From Selaginella moellendorffii (Eukaryota > Plantae > Lycopodiophyta): 64,000 bases of DNA. The notes beneath the pieces were generated by a model, which made no database searches, was not told the origin of the DNA, and saw only the letters and a program-made list of their open reading frames with translations. Positions 35,486 to 46,663 of this stretch are shown piece after piece; position 1 is the stretch's first letter, and each line of letters starts with the position of its first letter. The translations under genes were made by a program, and so were the position numbers. The stretch spans positions 372,001 to 436,000 of the forward strand of contig NW_003314317.1 of the NCBI RefSeq assembly GCF_000143415.4, given 5' to 3'.

Positions 35486-36557
35486 TAGAAATGTGGCCAC
35501 ATATTATAATACCAAAAGAAGGTAGGAGAAAGAAGGGTCTTGTGCAAAGCTTCTCTCTTTTGTGGAGATTTTGTAGCTGAAACTTCCCTTGTGATGAGTG
35601 ATGTCTTGAAGTAAGTCTTCTCGTCTTTTATTGATGATCCTTTCACTTGGAGCAGGCAATCCTTGTGCTTGATGTCCTGGAAGCTGTGATCGGTACTTGG
35701 GCGTCAGAAAAGTCGTCAGATAACTTGGATTCGTCTTCATAATGCTTTGTCGGATAAGCGGGAGTTAAAGCTGAGGATGAAGAAATCTATCCATAGATCC
35801 GAGACAAAGACCCCTCCTTCCTGGAAAACGCAAGCCGTTCCTGAGCACTCGCTGTCTATACATCGGGGAAGATCTATGCGGAACTTCTTTCCTCTAAGAC
35901 TTCTCGCCGATGCGAACTCCGAGACGTTTGAAACTTCCACCGCAAGTGATACTCCAGACTCACTTTGGGACGAGTTTACGCGTCTTGGACCGACTCTCTT
36001 CGAAATCCCACTTATACGCAGGTATAAAGCCCGACGCAAACTTTCATAGACGAGATCGAGAACGAGAACAAAGACAAGTCAACCAAGGCGCTGATGATCG
36101 AGAGAGCCTTGGACACCTCGTTGTCAAAGTTGCCGAGCGTGCAGATTCTTTGCTTGGTTTTCAGGAAGCTAAGATTTCCTGAGCTAAAGCTTTTCTTATT
36201 TGTGTCTGCGTTGTCACAAGCCACATTAATTGACGCAGGCGATGGCTCGGGACAACGAGGTTTCTAGCTTCGCCGAAAGCACACGGTATCTGGCGCTGCA
36301 AGGAAGATAGAAAAGATCTCGAGGATGCAAACGAAACAACTGGAAAGTAGCTGCCAAGGTAAGTAAGATCCTGTTTTATTGTTATTCTCTAGATTGATGT
36401 TCTCCGATTCTAAACAGGATGGTTTGAGCCAGCAAATTCGGATTTCTTGTCAAAGAGTACAGCCAATTTAGCTCCATCGTCATCAGCCACTTTATATACA
36501 GAATGTCGGGATATCACGAGGCAAAATCTCGATCGATGACAAAAGTACCCGACTTTT

Positions 36558-37302
36558 CTATACCGGCACCCTTCTTGAGCGGAAGCGATCGAAAATCTGA
36601 AACGAGGAGAGAGTTAACTTCCCACAAATCGGGAGGGAGAAAGCCGGATAAAGCTTACCGAGACGAAGAAGGGGTGTTGGAAGAACCAGCCAAGAACTGG
36701 AACTCTATACAAGAAGACCACCACCGTCGGGAGGAAGCCACTGCGCATGAACACAAGTTTCTTACGTGAGAAGAGAAACGAGGCTCGAGAACTTTGCCGA
36801 CCTGAAGAGGATGATAAAACCATACGCTTCGATGATCATTCCAACCACGGGCCATCCGAGGATGACGAGGACAAATCCCACCAGGAAAGATATCGTGCCC
36901 TGCAGCAGCAGCTCGGTGATCAAACTTGCAAAAACAAAGGAAGAAAAATGCCGCGGGAGAAGAATTCTCATACCTTGAAGTTGCGTCGCTTGGCGAAGAA
37001 GAAGAGCGTCGACTTGGGACCAATCGTGAGAGTAACGCCGGACAAGAACAAGATCTGCAACAAAGGAACAAGCAAAAGATTAAAAACTCTTCAATTCTTC
37101 CTGCGATTTGCGCTCACGTTTCCCATGGCCAGAAGGGCCTTGTCGAAGAAGAAGATCAATCCCAGAAACGTGAAGAGCACCCCGAATCCAGTGAGGCCAA
37201 TTCCAATCTCTAAAAATTCCCAGAGCTGAGAACTGGAGCTAGACGAAAGAAAATGCTGCAGCTAGACTTACTCTTGTAATCGTTCACATCCATCGACAAC
37301 AT
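36558..37302 (-). CDS. GOT1: Vesicle transport protein GOT1 (Got1/Sft2 family), spliced
   Basis: [31 protein letters not shown]|[20 protein letters not shown]|[14 protein letters not shown]|SGF..RRVPV*. Confidence 0.95.
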
Positions 37303-39757
37303 CGCGGCGGGAGTCCTCGCGCCTGGGCAGCTCGCGCTCACTGATCTAGGGCTTGAGAGCTCCGAAGGTGCCCTGGGTTCGATCTCCGCCCAAACAAAAT
37401 CCACAAACCCTAGGAAATAGCAAAACAGAGATGCCCTAGCCCTACATTTTCAAAAAGATGCCAGGGCATCTTCTACAGATTTAAGAAGATGTACGGAACA
37501 TTCGCGCTGATCTCGGGGAGAGTAAAAAAACGTGATAAAACTTGAAAGATTTGCACAGTAATTTGTAGATTCCTGTCTGACATGCCCGATTGACTTTCGC
37601 GGCCGCGTTTTGGCCCAAATCCCAATGTCGCCGCGGAGACGATGACACCAAACTTTGTAAACAAGGACATTCTCTCCAAAAGAAAATCCAAAGGACATTC
37701 TTTGTTCAAGCCTGGTTGTATGGCACCGATTGGACGACACTGGCAAGAATTTTAATCCAGAGTGTCGGCGATCTCACAATCTCGCCAGTGAAAAGAATCG
37801 TAAAACAATCCATACCTCTCTTCTCGCGGGAAAAGTTTTGCTCGCTCCAAGAGACAAGAGAGCGAGCGAAGAAAAGCCTTCCTTCACACACAGACCTTTC
37901 ACAGCAGCTTTAGGATAGCGAAAGGAAAAGAACTATAATGTTTTGTTACCCGCTGTTGACGACACTCGACACCACCGCGCGGCGCACAGGAGCGAGCAAA
38001 TTTAAGATTCCGGACACCATGAGTTCTTTTCCTGCAGCAAAACGCAGCGCGGAATTAGCTTCGCGCAAGCAGACAAGCGCTTGCCAGTTTCTTAATCGAA
38101 AAATTCTTAAGTTATTCTCACCTCTCACTCACCAGCCAGCCAGCAGCCAGGAAAGACTCTTGACCCCCTTGAAAAAACAACCTTCAAAAAGTCCAACATT
38201 TCCATCATCCGAAGACCAGAAAGAAGAAAACACCAAAATTCGAAAGGACGAAACAAAAAGAAGCGAAGAAAAAAAAAACTACAAGACAAAAGAAGAAGAA
38301 GAAACTGAGCTGGATGTAACGGGCAGCAGCATACAATCGTCTGATGAACCAACCATCTCAAATGCAGGCAAACAGCAAAAAGGAAGAAGACTGACCTCCA
38401 CTCCAGAAGACCTTCGGAAGCCTTTGCAGTACGCTTGACCCACCTATAGAAAGCCTTTGCAGCACATAAGGCCCACGCCGAAAGAGAAATATATATATCT
38501 GCCGATTAAATACATACCTTAGAATGAGAGAGACACCGAGCCGTATGTATGGTGGTCACTGGTGTTGTGGACCACACACTACAGACCGAAATAAAGAAGG
38601 ATCATCGGCTCCGACCACCAACAGTGGCCAGGAGGCAGGCTACCGCTCAGTAGCATATCTAGCGGTAGCCGGGGGAGCGCTTGGTTCGTAGCAGCAGCTG
38701 CCAGGAGGATTAAACAAACGAGGCAGGAAATAAATGACGAGGATAACGTATCTAGCACGCCTCTGTAACGGCCAGTAGCTGATGCCCGGCTGCAAGGATC
38801 TGATCTGAATAGGATTTCACTTGACACTGATCAGTTGAGCGCTATAAACTTTGTCACAAAGCTCGCACCTTTCGATCGCAACTTTGAATTTGTTCAGGAG
38901 CCAAGCCGTCCGTCCAGCCGTAATTGCTCTCCTCTCTACATATTCCTGACACAGGGAGCGGACTTTATACATGCAAAAACAAAAACAAGGTCTCCGTCCT
39001 ACGTACAAAAGCCAAACCATTACCTCTTTGTCTTTGTATCATGGCTCGACAAGCGAGAGTGCCACCTAAACTTATGCGTCTTGTCGAGCAGTAATATGAA
39101 ACGCACTTTGGAGGGAGCTGAGCGCTGGCTGCTGCTTATCTGTCCCGCTCGCCAGCTCTCACGAGACCCGGCGCGTGCGTTCATGCAAACAAGACATAAG
39201 TCACGTCCCACAGTGAGAAGGAGAGAAATTAGAAAAAGAAAAGAGAAGCAAAGAGCAGGAACTCACAACCAAGCACCAGTGTTCTGTTTGCATAATTAAT
39301 TTCTCGGAACTCGTCAGGACGGCGGGCAAGAGGCACGGACGAGCGAACGGAAGACGAGGACCGCAAGGCAACGAGAGAGACAACACACAGTTCTTAGCAA
39401 CATGACAACACCGACTTACTAGAGAGCATCTCCTCTTGATCCGCAGGAGAAAAACAACGCTAAACAATGCCTCGGCAGGCGTCCTACTCGTACGCGGCGG
39501 GAGTGACAACCAAGCATTCACACTGGTCGTACTACGTAGCCCAACTCAAGACTTTTTCACGTCAACCTGAAGCTGGATATGATGATTCAACTTTGGGAAA
39601 CAACAGGAGAGAGGAGAGTCCTCTGCTCAGTTGCTGAAGGAACTCTACTGTTCCTGTTAGTAACTGCAAAGAGGACGGGAAGGCTCCTCTCATCTACCTA
39701 AAGGTAGCAAGCAAGGCTAACAATCAGGAGTACCTTAATGCTGGACAGAAAATCTCG

Positions 39758-41341
39758 TCACTCTGCGCTGTAGCAACTGAGCTCCAACTTGAGCGGCCCA
39801 TTTCCCCGGCTCAGGTCGTATTTGACGTTCCTCGAGCAATAGGTCCCGGATTTCGACAGTCTCCCATACTGCCTGAAAAACAAATGAGCTTAGCTTCCAA
39901 TAGAGACAAACATTGATATGCTTTACCTGCCGAGCAAGGAAAAGCCTCTGACCCGCGATGGAGATGTTGGCTTCAGGATCTCCTTCACATCTACAAGAGC
40001 CGGCACCTTATGAACTCGGCCTTCCTCAGACGCATCTGAGGAATTGAAGCTATCGCCCGTAGTGGACTGCTGCGTCTCTCTGGAGGTATCACTGAGGAAA
40101 GGATTGTCTCCATCTGCTCGCAAGTCCCTGCTGTGCTCATCGGGAGAGTACTCCGATGAAACGTCCTTGGAGGCCGCCAGAGGTGGATTCACTGCCTGAT
40201 CTTTCGTATTAAGACCCCCGCAATACGACAAGACGTGTAGAAACACCCAAGACGATGAGCCATTCTTCGTCTTCAGCCTGAGATGCTCTGGTTCCTTGTC
40301 ATGCGGGACAAACCTTTTGGACTTCCCATGTTTCTTAGCTCCTGGGGGCGACGAAGAAGCATCGACACCAAGAACCACCTCGTCCGGTGCCAATTTCTGC
40401 TGCCTCGGAACTTTAGTATCCTGTCCTGGCATTCTCGAGTCAAAGCTTGTTGCAGTAGCGGTAGAAGCCTGGCCCATTTTTCTTCGCTGTTCTTCAGTTT
40501 GAGTAGTCGCATCGCACCCCTGATCGATTACCGCCGGCGTCTTTATGCTGTAGACTTTCAACTCATTAAAGGTGGATTCCTGGAGAATGCTTCCCGTTGA
40601 ATACCTCACCCCAGAATCCACAATCCCATCGCTAAGTTTGTCCTCCGGAAAACCATTGTCCAAAACCACCGTCTTTTGCTTGCAAGCCGGCTGCTCGTAA
40701 GATCTTCTCACCGCCAGCGGCAAGAAGGAATTGGGCTCTGGTTTCGACGTCTTTGCCGAGGTGCTGTCTATAGCTGTAAGCCAAGACTCCGCTCCCCTAT
40801 ACTTCCTCTGAAGTACTTCGCCCGGCTGCTTACATTTTGGTACTGCGATGAAACATCAAAAAAAAATCACACAACTGGGCCTAGTACAAGATCTTACCTT
40901 GCTTTTCGACGATTTCCGATCCCTTGAGGACGTATTCTCCAGAAGCCACAGGCAGTACAAAATCGTCATCAGAGACATCTTGCCAGATACTCGTATTTTT
41001 GTAAATTCTAGAAGAGATTCACGGCGCCATGATTAGCAAGCGAAGACCAAGAACGAAAGAAAGAACATCGCCGCAGCCTACCTCTTGAAAGACCACGCAT
41101 ACATCACTGGCATCCTGCATCCGCGCAACGCCGTCAATCTAAACTTCACATCTGTTGCATAGTCGGCTTAGAACACATTCGCAAGAATGAGGGATTTCCT
41201 ACCTCGCAATCGAAGCCCCGGAGCGTGAAACGCGACATCGATCATGTGAGGCGAATCCACTTTGCCATTTCGAGAGAGATAGTAGACGACCTGAGCCATG
41301 GTGTGGCCGTAGTCCGGATCAAAATCCACCTGCATTCTCAT
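39758..41341 (-). CDS. SOK: SOSEKI (DUF966, DIX-like) polarity protein, spliced; 3' end uncertain
   Basis: QVVYYLSRNGKVDSPHMIDV, GLRLR|DVKFRLTALRGCRMPVMYAWSFK|RIYKN..WQDVSDDD..EYVLKGSE; CG motif VLSYCGG. Confidence 0.85.
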
Positions 41342-42163
41342 CCAATATTTCCTAAAGCCACTCCGCTAGCTCGATCGCTCGCTCGCTCGCTCGCTCCTGC
41401 CCTTCGCGATGATTTCAGCGCCTCCCCCGCAATATTTCTCACAGAAACCGCCGCCCGGGATCAGGATCAAGATGAAATGCCGCCGTTGCCGGCCGGATCA
41501 TCGAAATCCAAGAAAACGCCCTTGCGATTCCAACGAATTCGCTGCCAAACCGGATCGCGCCGTGACGAGCGAACAAGATTTTGAATAGTTGCCCGCCGTG
41601 CCACTGATCACTGCCAGGGCGCCCGGAGCCAAGCCGGCAGCTAGCTCCAGCGCAAGAACACCACGCCTGATACCCTAGCGATTCGCTCTACATGCACAAA
41701 CAAACCCACACCCAAACGACAAACAAGGGGGCTCTGCTATGCTTCCCATAGCCCAAGTTAGAAGGAAAAGAACGAGCTCCATCGTCGGATGCCCCGTCGC
41801 AAGATCGTGGCCCTCCATGCAAACTGTCCAGCTGGCACGCCGCTCTGCCGTTGGTTCGTCGCCGCCCAACGGCCAAGATTGGCCACGGGGCTTTCTCGCC
41901 ACCGTGGTGTCGTCAGCCAGGGAGTCGTTCCCGGTTTGGAGTTTACCTGGTTCTCGGTAAAAACAAACGCTACCACATGCTAAACTATCTCGGTAAAAGA
42001 AATGCTTCATTCACTCACGAAGGATCGTGCAATGAGTTAATGGGCAAGTTTTTCGTTTCCTCGCTCGCCAGTGATTTCTAGGTGTAAGGTTTGACGAAGA
42101 ACTTTATTCTGTAAGGTTTGAAAAATAATTGAGCGATGGTGTACCGGATCTCTGACTACCTAC

Positions 42164-44746
42164 ATGACAGCATGTCGATTGAGCACGAATTCTTTTCTCT
42201 CCTCGATTTGTAGAAGCTTCTTCGCTGGGTGTGGAGAAATCGACGCTACCCAGGCTGGAATCGCAGCTGGATTGAGGAGCTGTGGCACCGATCGAGCTCT
42301 CGAGGCCGGGAAGAAACTCCACGCGGCGATCCAATCCAACGCCCGGTTCGCTGGCGACGTCTATCTCGCCAATCTCGCGATTCAAATGTATGGCAACTGC
42401 GGGAGCGTCGAGGATGCCGCGAGAGCTTTCGTGGCGCTGGGCGATCGGAGGAACTCCTTCTCGTGGAACATCATGCTCGGCGTGTTTGCTCGAAGTGGCG
42501 ATCCGGAGAGAGCCAAGGAGATCTTCGATGCGATGCCCCGGAAGGATGTGATCTCCTGGAATGCCACTGTCTCAGCCTATGCCCAAAACGGGCATAGCGC
42601 CGAGGCGATGGTCCTGTTTGATCGTATGCCCCAGCACGACGTTGTCTCATGGAATGCGATGATCACTAGCTTTGGCGATGGCTTCGACCCAGAGTCGGGA
42701 TTTAGGATCTTCGCCGAGATGGAGGAGCGCAATCTCGTGTCGTGGAACGCGATCCTCGAAGCGCATACCAAGAGCGGGCATCTGTCACAGTCGATCAGTA
42801 TCTTCGATAGAATGCCGCAGAGGAGCGTAATATCATGGAACCTGATGATCGCCGCAAACACGAGGCACGGGAATCCCGACGAGGCCGAGAGATTCTTCGA
42901 TCAATCGCCAGAGCTGGATGCCTTCTCCTGGACGACGCTCCTGACATTGCGCTCGGATCTCGGCCAGCTGCAAGAAGCTATGGCGTGTTTCACCGCGATC
43001 CGCCGCAAGAACGTTGTTACCTGGAACGCGATCGTCGCGGCATTCGCCGATAACGATTCTCTTGCCGATGCCAAGCGCGCATTCGATCTGATGCCTCAGC
43101 GCGACGCCATCACCTTCACTTGCGTCGTCGCCGCCTCTGGATTGAGCGGCTACGTCCAAGACGCCATAGAAATATTTGCCCTCATGCCCTGGAAGAACAC
43201 CATCTCTTGGAACACGATGCTCGCGGTATATGCGCAAAATGGCATCCTGGACGGGGCGGTCGAGATATTCCAGCACATTCCAGGCAAAACATCCGCCACG
43301 TGGACAACCTTAATCGTAGGATATTCTGTCAACAGGCGGCTGGATGCTGCCACATGGCTGCTCCAGAGGATGCCACGTCATGACGCTATGACATACGACG
43401 CTGTTCTCGAGGCGTTTGTGGAGAGCTCTCGTCTGGACGAGGCCAAGAACTTCTTTGACGTAGCGCCGATCGCGAGCGCTTCGAGCTGGAGCACGATGAT
43501 TGCCGCATTCGCGAGTGATGGGCGCAGGGACGATGCGATGCTGCTCTTCCAGAGATCGCCGCAATGGAGCATCGCATCGTGGAACTCGGCGATCCAAGCG
43601 AATGCCGCGGCTGGGGAAATAGGGCGAGCCATCGCGATCCTGGAGGAGATGCCCGGGAGGGATTTGGCCTCCTGGACGATCATCAGTGTGGCATTCGTTT
43701 CTAGCGGAGATCCGGTACGAGGAAGATCGATTCTCGCAGAGAATGTGAGCTTCAAATCCATCGCGTCTTGGAACACACTTCTTACTGCAAATGCCCAGAA
43801 CTGGCACATCGCGGAATCGCGATTGATCTTCGAGGAAATGGAGCACCGCGATGCTAGCTCTTGGAATTCAATCGTGTGCGCCTATTTCTTGAATGGAATT
43901 CCGGATCGTGCCACCGATCTCTTCAGAAAAATGCCCGCTTGGAATGTGATCTCGTGGAACACGATGATCACTGGCTACGCTCACAACGATCGTGGCACCG
44001 CCGCGATCCAGCTCTTCCGGACCATGGACCTGGAAGGATTCACGCCCGAGCGCGCGACATTCATTGCGATCTTGGGCGCTTGCTCGAGCATCCCGGCGAT
44101 CGATGCCTCTTTCGTGGATCTCATCCAAGCCCTCGTCGTGGATGCCGGCCTCCATGTCGATCGCATCATCGCCAACGCGCTCATCAGCCTCTACGCCAAA
44201 TCGGGCAGCCTGGAGCGCGCCGCGAGGATCTTCCACGCCATGGCGGAGAGCGATCACCGAGACGTGGTCACCTGGAACGCGATGATCGCGGCCCACGCCC
44301 GGAGCGGCAATGGCAAGCTCGCGATCTGGACCTTCCACGCGATGCTACTCGAGGGGCTGATCCCCGACGCCATCACTCTGATGGTCGTGCTCTCGTCGTG
44401 CAGCCACGCCGGGCTCGTCGATCAGGGCTGGCAGATCCTCGCCTCGGCGATCGCGGGCGATCACAGTCTAGCGCTCACGGACGATCACTTCGCGTGCCTG
44501 GCGGATCTCCTGGCGAGGTCGGGGCGGCTGGGCGAGGCGGAGGAAGTGGTGACCAGCAAGATCGTGAATCCCGGCGAGGTGCTGGGGTGGAAGACGCTGC
44601 TGGGCGCTTCCAAGAATCACGGAAACATCGATCTGGCGACGCGATCGGCCGAGTGGCTGTTTCGTCTCGACCAGAAAAGCTCCGCCGCGTCTTACATTTT
44701 GCTGTCCAGCGCCCTGGAAAACGCTAGTCAACGAAGTCAATGCTAG
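42164..44746 (+). CDS. PLS-class pentatricopeptide repeat protein, E-type, no DYW
   Basis: 860-aa intronless ORF with a run of ~31-aa repeats (FDRMP.R.VISWN.MI), then LSSCSHAGLVDQG, DLLARSGRL.EAEE, WKTLLGASKNHGN, YILLSS. Confidence 0.95.
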   Translation: MTACRLSTNSFLSSICRSFFAGCGEIDATQAGIAAGLRSCGTDRALEAGKKLHAAIQSNARFAGDVYLANLAIQMYGNCGSVEDAARAFVALGDRRNSFSWNIMLGVFARSGDPERAKEIFDAMPRKDVISWNATVSAYAQNGHSAEAMVLFDRMPQHDVVSWNAMITSFGDGFDPESGFRIFAEMEERNLVSWNAILEAHTKSGHLSQSISIFDRMPQRSVISWNLMIAANTRHGNPDEAERFFDQSPELDAFSWTTLLTLRSDLGQLQEAMACFTAIRRKNVVTWNAIVAAFADNDSLADAKRAFDLMPQRDAITFTCVVAASGLSGYVQDAIEIFALMPWKNTISWNTMLAVYAQNGILDGAVEIFQHIPGKTSATWTTLIVGYSVNRRLDAATWLLQRMPRHDAMTYDAVLEAFVESSRLDEAKNFFDVAPIASASSWSTMIAAFASDGRRDDAMLLFQRSPQWSIASWNSAIQANAAAGEIGRAIAILEEMPGRDLASWTIISVAFVSSGDPVRGRSILAENVSFKSIASWNTLLTANAQNWHIAESRLIFEEMEHRDASSWNSIVCAYFLNGIPDRATDLFRKMPAWNVISWNTMITGYAHNDRGTAAIQLFRTMDLEGFTPERATFIAILGACSSIPAIDASFVDLIQALVVDAGLHVDRIIANALISLYAKSGSLERAARIFHAMAESDHRDVVTWNAMIAAHARSGNGKLAIWTFHAMLLEGLIPDAITLMVVLSSCSHAGLVDQGWQILASAIAGDHSLALTDDHFACLADLLARSGRLGEAEEVVTSKIVNPGEVLGWKTLLGASKNHGNIDLATRSAEWLFRLDQKSSAASYILLSSALENASQRSQC

Positions 44747-44858
44747 ACCACGATTTGACTTCTAAAAAGTCAAAGCACGGGTGTTTAAAATTAACACGTA
44801 GAATATTCGATGGCTCTAATTGGTAAGGGTGTTCTAACCCTAGAGGAGCGGAGCGCCA

Positions 44859-45441
44859 ATGTCGTCGCGCGTGGCAGCTCTGTGGAATCATCCTGCTGGT
44901 CCCAAGACAAGTAAGTAGCGATCGATCCATCCATTTCCTTGTCTCTGCGGATCCAGCTTGCGAAATTCTTACTCCTGCCCTCTTTTCTCTCTTCGCGCGA
45001 TGAAATCTCAGTCCATTTCTGGGCGCCGACGTTCAAGTGGGGGATTTCCTTCGCCAACATTGCGGATTTCTCCAAGCCGCCGGAAAAGATCTCGTATCCT
45101 CAGCAATGCGGTGAGAGTCTCGTGTTTCTTTCCTCTACTGTGCTTGACTCAATGACCTTTCTCATGCTCTAGCCGTCACTTGCACGGGGATAATCTGGTC
45201 GAGATATAGCACTGTGATCAATCCGGTATGGTCCCTTTTCCCTCTCTGGACGAAAGAAAACTTCTTTCTTTTCGTGTTCCCAGATCAATTGGAACCTGTT
45301 CAGTGTCAACATCTTCATGGCTGGAACAGGAATCTATCAGCTCTCTCGAAAAATCAGGTTTCTTCCCGTTTTCTTCTGTAGCATCATTGAAAAGTTCTCG
45401 TGTGTCACTTCAGGCAAGACTACCTCAAAGACAAAGAGTGA
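44859..45441 (+). CDS. Mitochondrial pyruvate carrier (MPC2-type), spliced
   Basis: LWNHPAGPKT, HFWAPTFKWGISFANIADF.KPPEKISYPQQ, IWSRYSTVINP, NWNLFSVN. Confidence 0.95.
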
Positions 45442-45649
45442 TCGATCGGATTGGAAAGACACACAATCGCTGTTTGTACGAAGGCACTCGATCAAAACAG
45501 GCTAGCTCCGCCATTTTTTCGGGCCATCGTCCCACAAAGATTTGATTTTTCCTCTCTTCCAGACTCCAGACTTACAAATTGATTAACAGGGAAAGTACAT
45601 CACAAGAAAAAATGGTACACAAAGTCAGATCGTCGTCTAGATCTCTCCA

Positions 45650-46462
45650 TCAATTCTCCTTGACGGCCTCGTCGTTGAGAAGCTGCTTCTTCCGCTCCAC
45701 CTCGAAAGACTTCGCCGCTCTCCGGATCTTCGTCCCGGGTTTCTTGGACGCATAGAACTTGATCAATCCGGCCCACAGCTTGTACACCCAGACCAAGCTC
45801 CCGACGAGCGCCAGCGCCGACTTCGCCATCCAGCACCGCACCAGGAGCCTGGGAATCACTCCATCGGCAGCCCCGGACAAGTAGAACTTGCTGATCCGGA
45901 ACACCAGCACAGGTCCCAGCCCGACGCGAAACACCGTGAAGATGACAGTGAAGAACGGCGAGAGCCTCTCGTAGACCGTCTTCATGGCCGGGGAGATATC
46001 GCGACCCATACGGCAGATCGTCCAGATATTTTGGAAGGGGCTGGTGGCCTCGCCCACGGCCACCATCGCCATGGCGGACAGAGCTCCATGGCCGACGAAG
46101 TACCTGCAAGAGATCATGTAGCTGGAGGTGGCAATGTGGTGGAGGATGAAGAGGTAGTCGCCCGGGGCGACGAGGAGGTAGTGGGCGAGGTCGACGAGGA
46201 AGTACGCGGTGCTATACTCGAGGATCTTGTTCTGGGTCGCGGAATTGGGGGCTGCCAGATCCCAGGGCGATTGCCAGGCGTTGTATCCCGCCAGCGCCGT
46301 GATGGTGGTGCCGTGGATGATCGACACCGCGCAGCTCGCCGCCTCGTAGCGCTTGATCCCCCTCCATTTGCGGAAGAGCGTCTGGTAGGAGATCCCATAA
46401 ATCGCGGCGAAGAGCACCACCGAGTAGAGCAGCACCGGCGACCATAGATCCAAGATTGCCAT
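45650..46462 (-). CDS. TLC (TRAM/LAG1/CLN8) domain membrane protein
   Basis: SCAVSIIHGT, YSTAYFLVDL, FILHHIAT, GEATSPFQNIW; multiple TM helices, single exon. Confidence 0.88.
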   Translation of the reverse strand: MAILDLWSPVLLYSVVLFAAIYGISYQTLFRKWRGIKRYEAASCAVSIIHGTTITALAGYNAWQSPWDLAAPNSATQNKILEYSTAYFLVDLAHYLLVAPGDYLFILHHIATSSYMISCRYFVGHGALSAMAMVAVGEATSPFQNIWTICRMGRDISPAMKTVYERLSPFFTVIFTVFRVGLGPVLVFRISKFYLSGAADGVIPRLLVRCWMAKSALALVGSLVWVYKLWAGLIKFYASKKPGTKIRRAAKSFEVERKKQLLNDEAVKEN

Positions 46463-46663
46463 GGCGAAAGAACGAACGCCCAGAAGGAAAAGAGCGTACT
46501 TTCAACCCTAAGGGAAAGGTGACTATTTCTTTGAAGGACACCTGTGCTTTACCAGCCTGTCCGTACGATGCCACCGTGGTGGTATATTCCTTCCCTTTGT
46601 GTGAGAATATGCCCGCCGGAAACGGGAATATGCGCTTTTTACGAAAATCTTGTGGATTATGGA

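Noticed and set aside
35500-36550. Plus-strand ORFs 35747-36049 and 36503-36769 as genes
   Set aside because: No recognisable domain; the later ORF is mostly antisense to GOT1.
38552-38630. Possible pre-miRNA hairpin
   Set aside because: Only ~9 contiguous pairs and no match to conserved miRNAs I can recall.
39205-39216. USE-like GTCCCACAGTG (snRNA or telomerase RNA promoter)
   Set aside because: Imperfect match, no TATA at the expected distance and no snRNA sequence downstream.
39579-39637. C/D box snoRNA (ATGATGA...CTGA)
   Set aside because: Short, no terminal stem and no recognisable rRNA guide.
43861-44727. 288-aa alternative-frame ORF in the PPR gene (similarly 20181-20795 in BT1 and 45600-46109 in TLC)
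   Set aside because: Shadow ORFs expected from high GC3; Arg/Gly/Pro-rich with no motifs.
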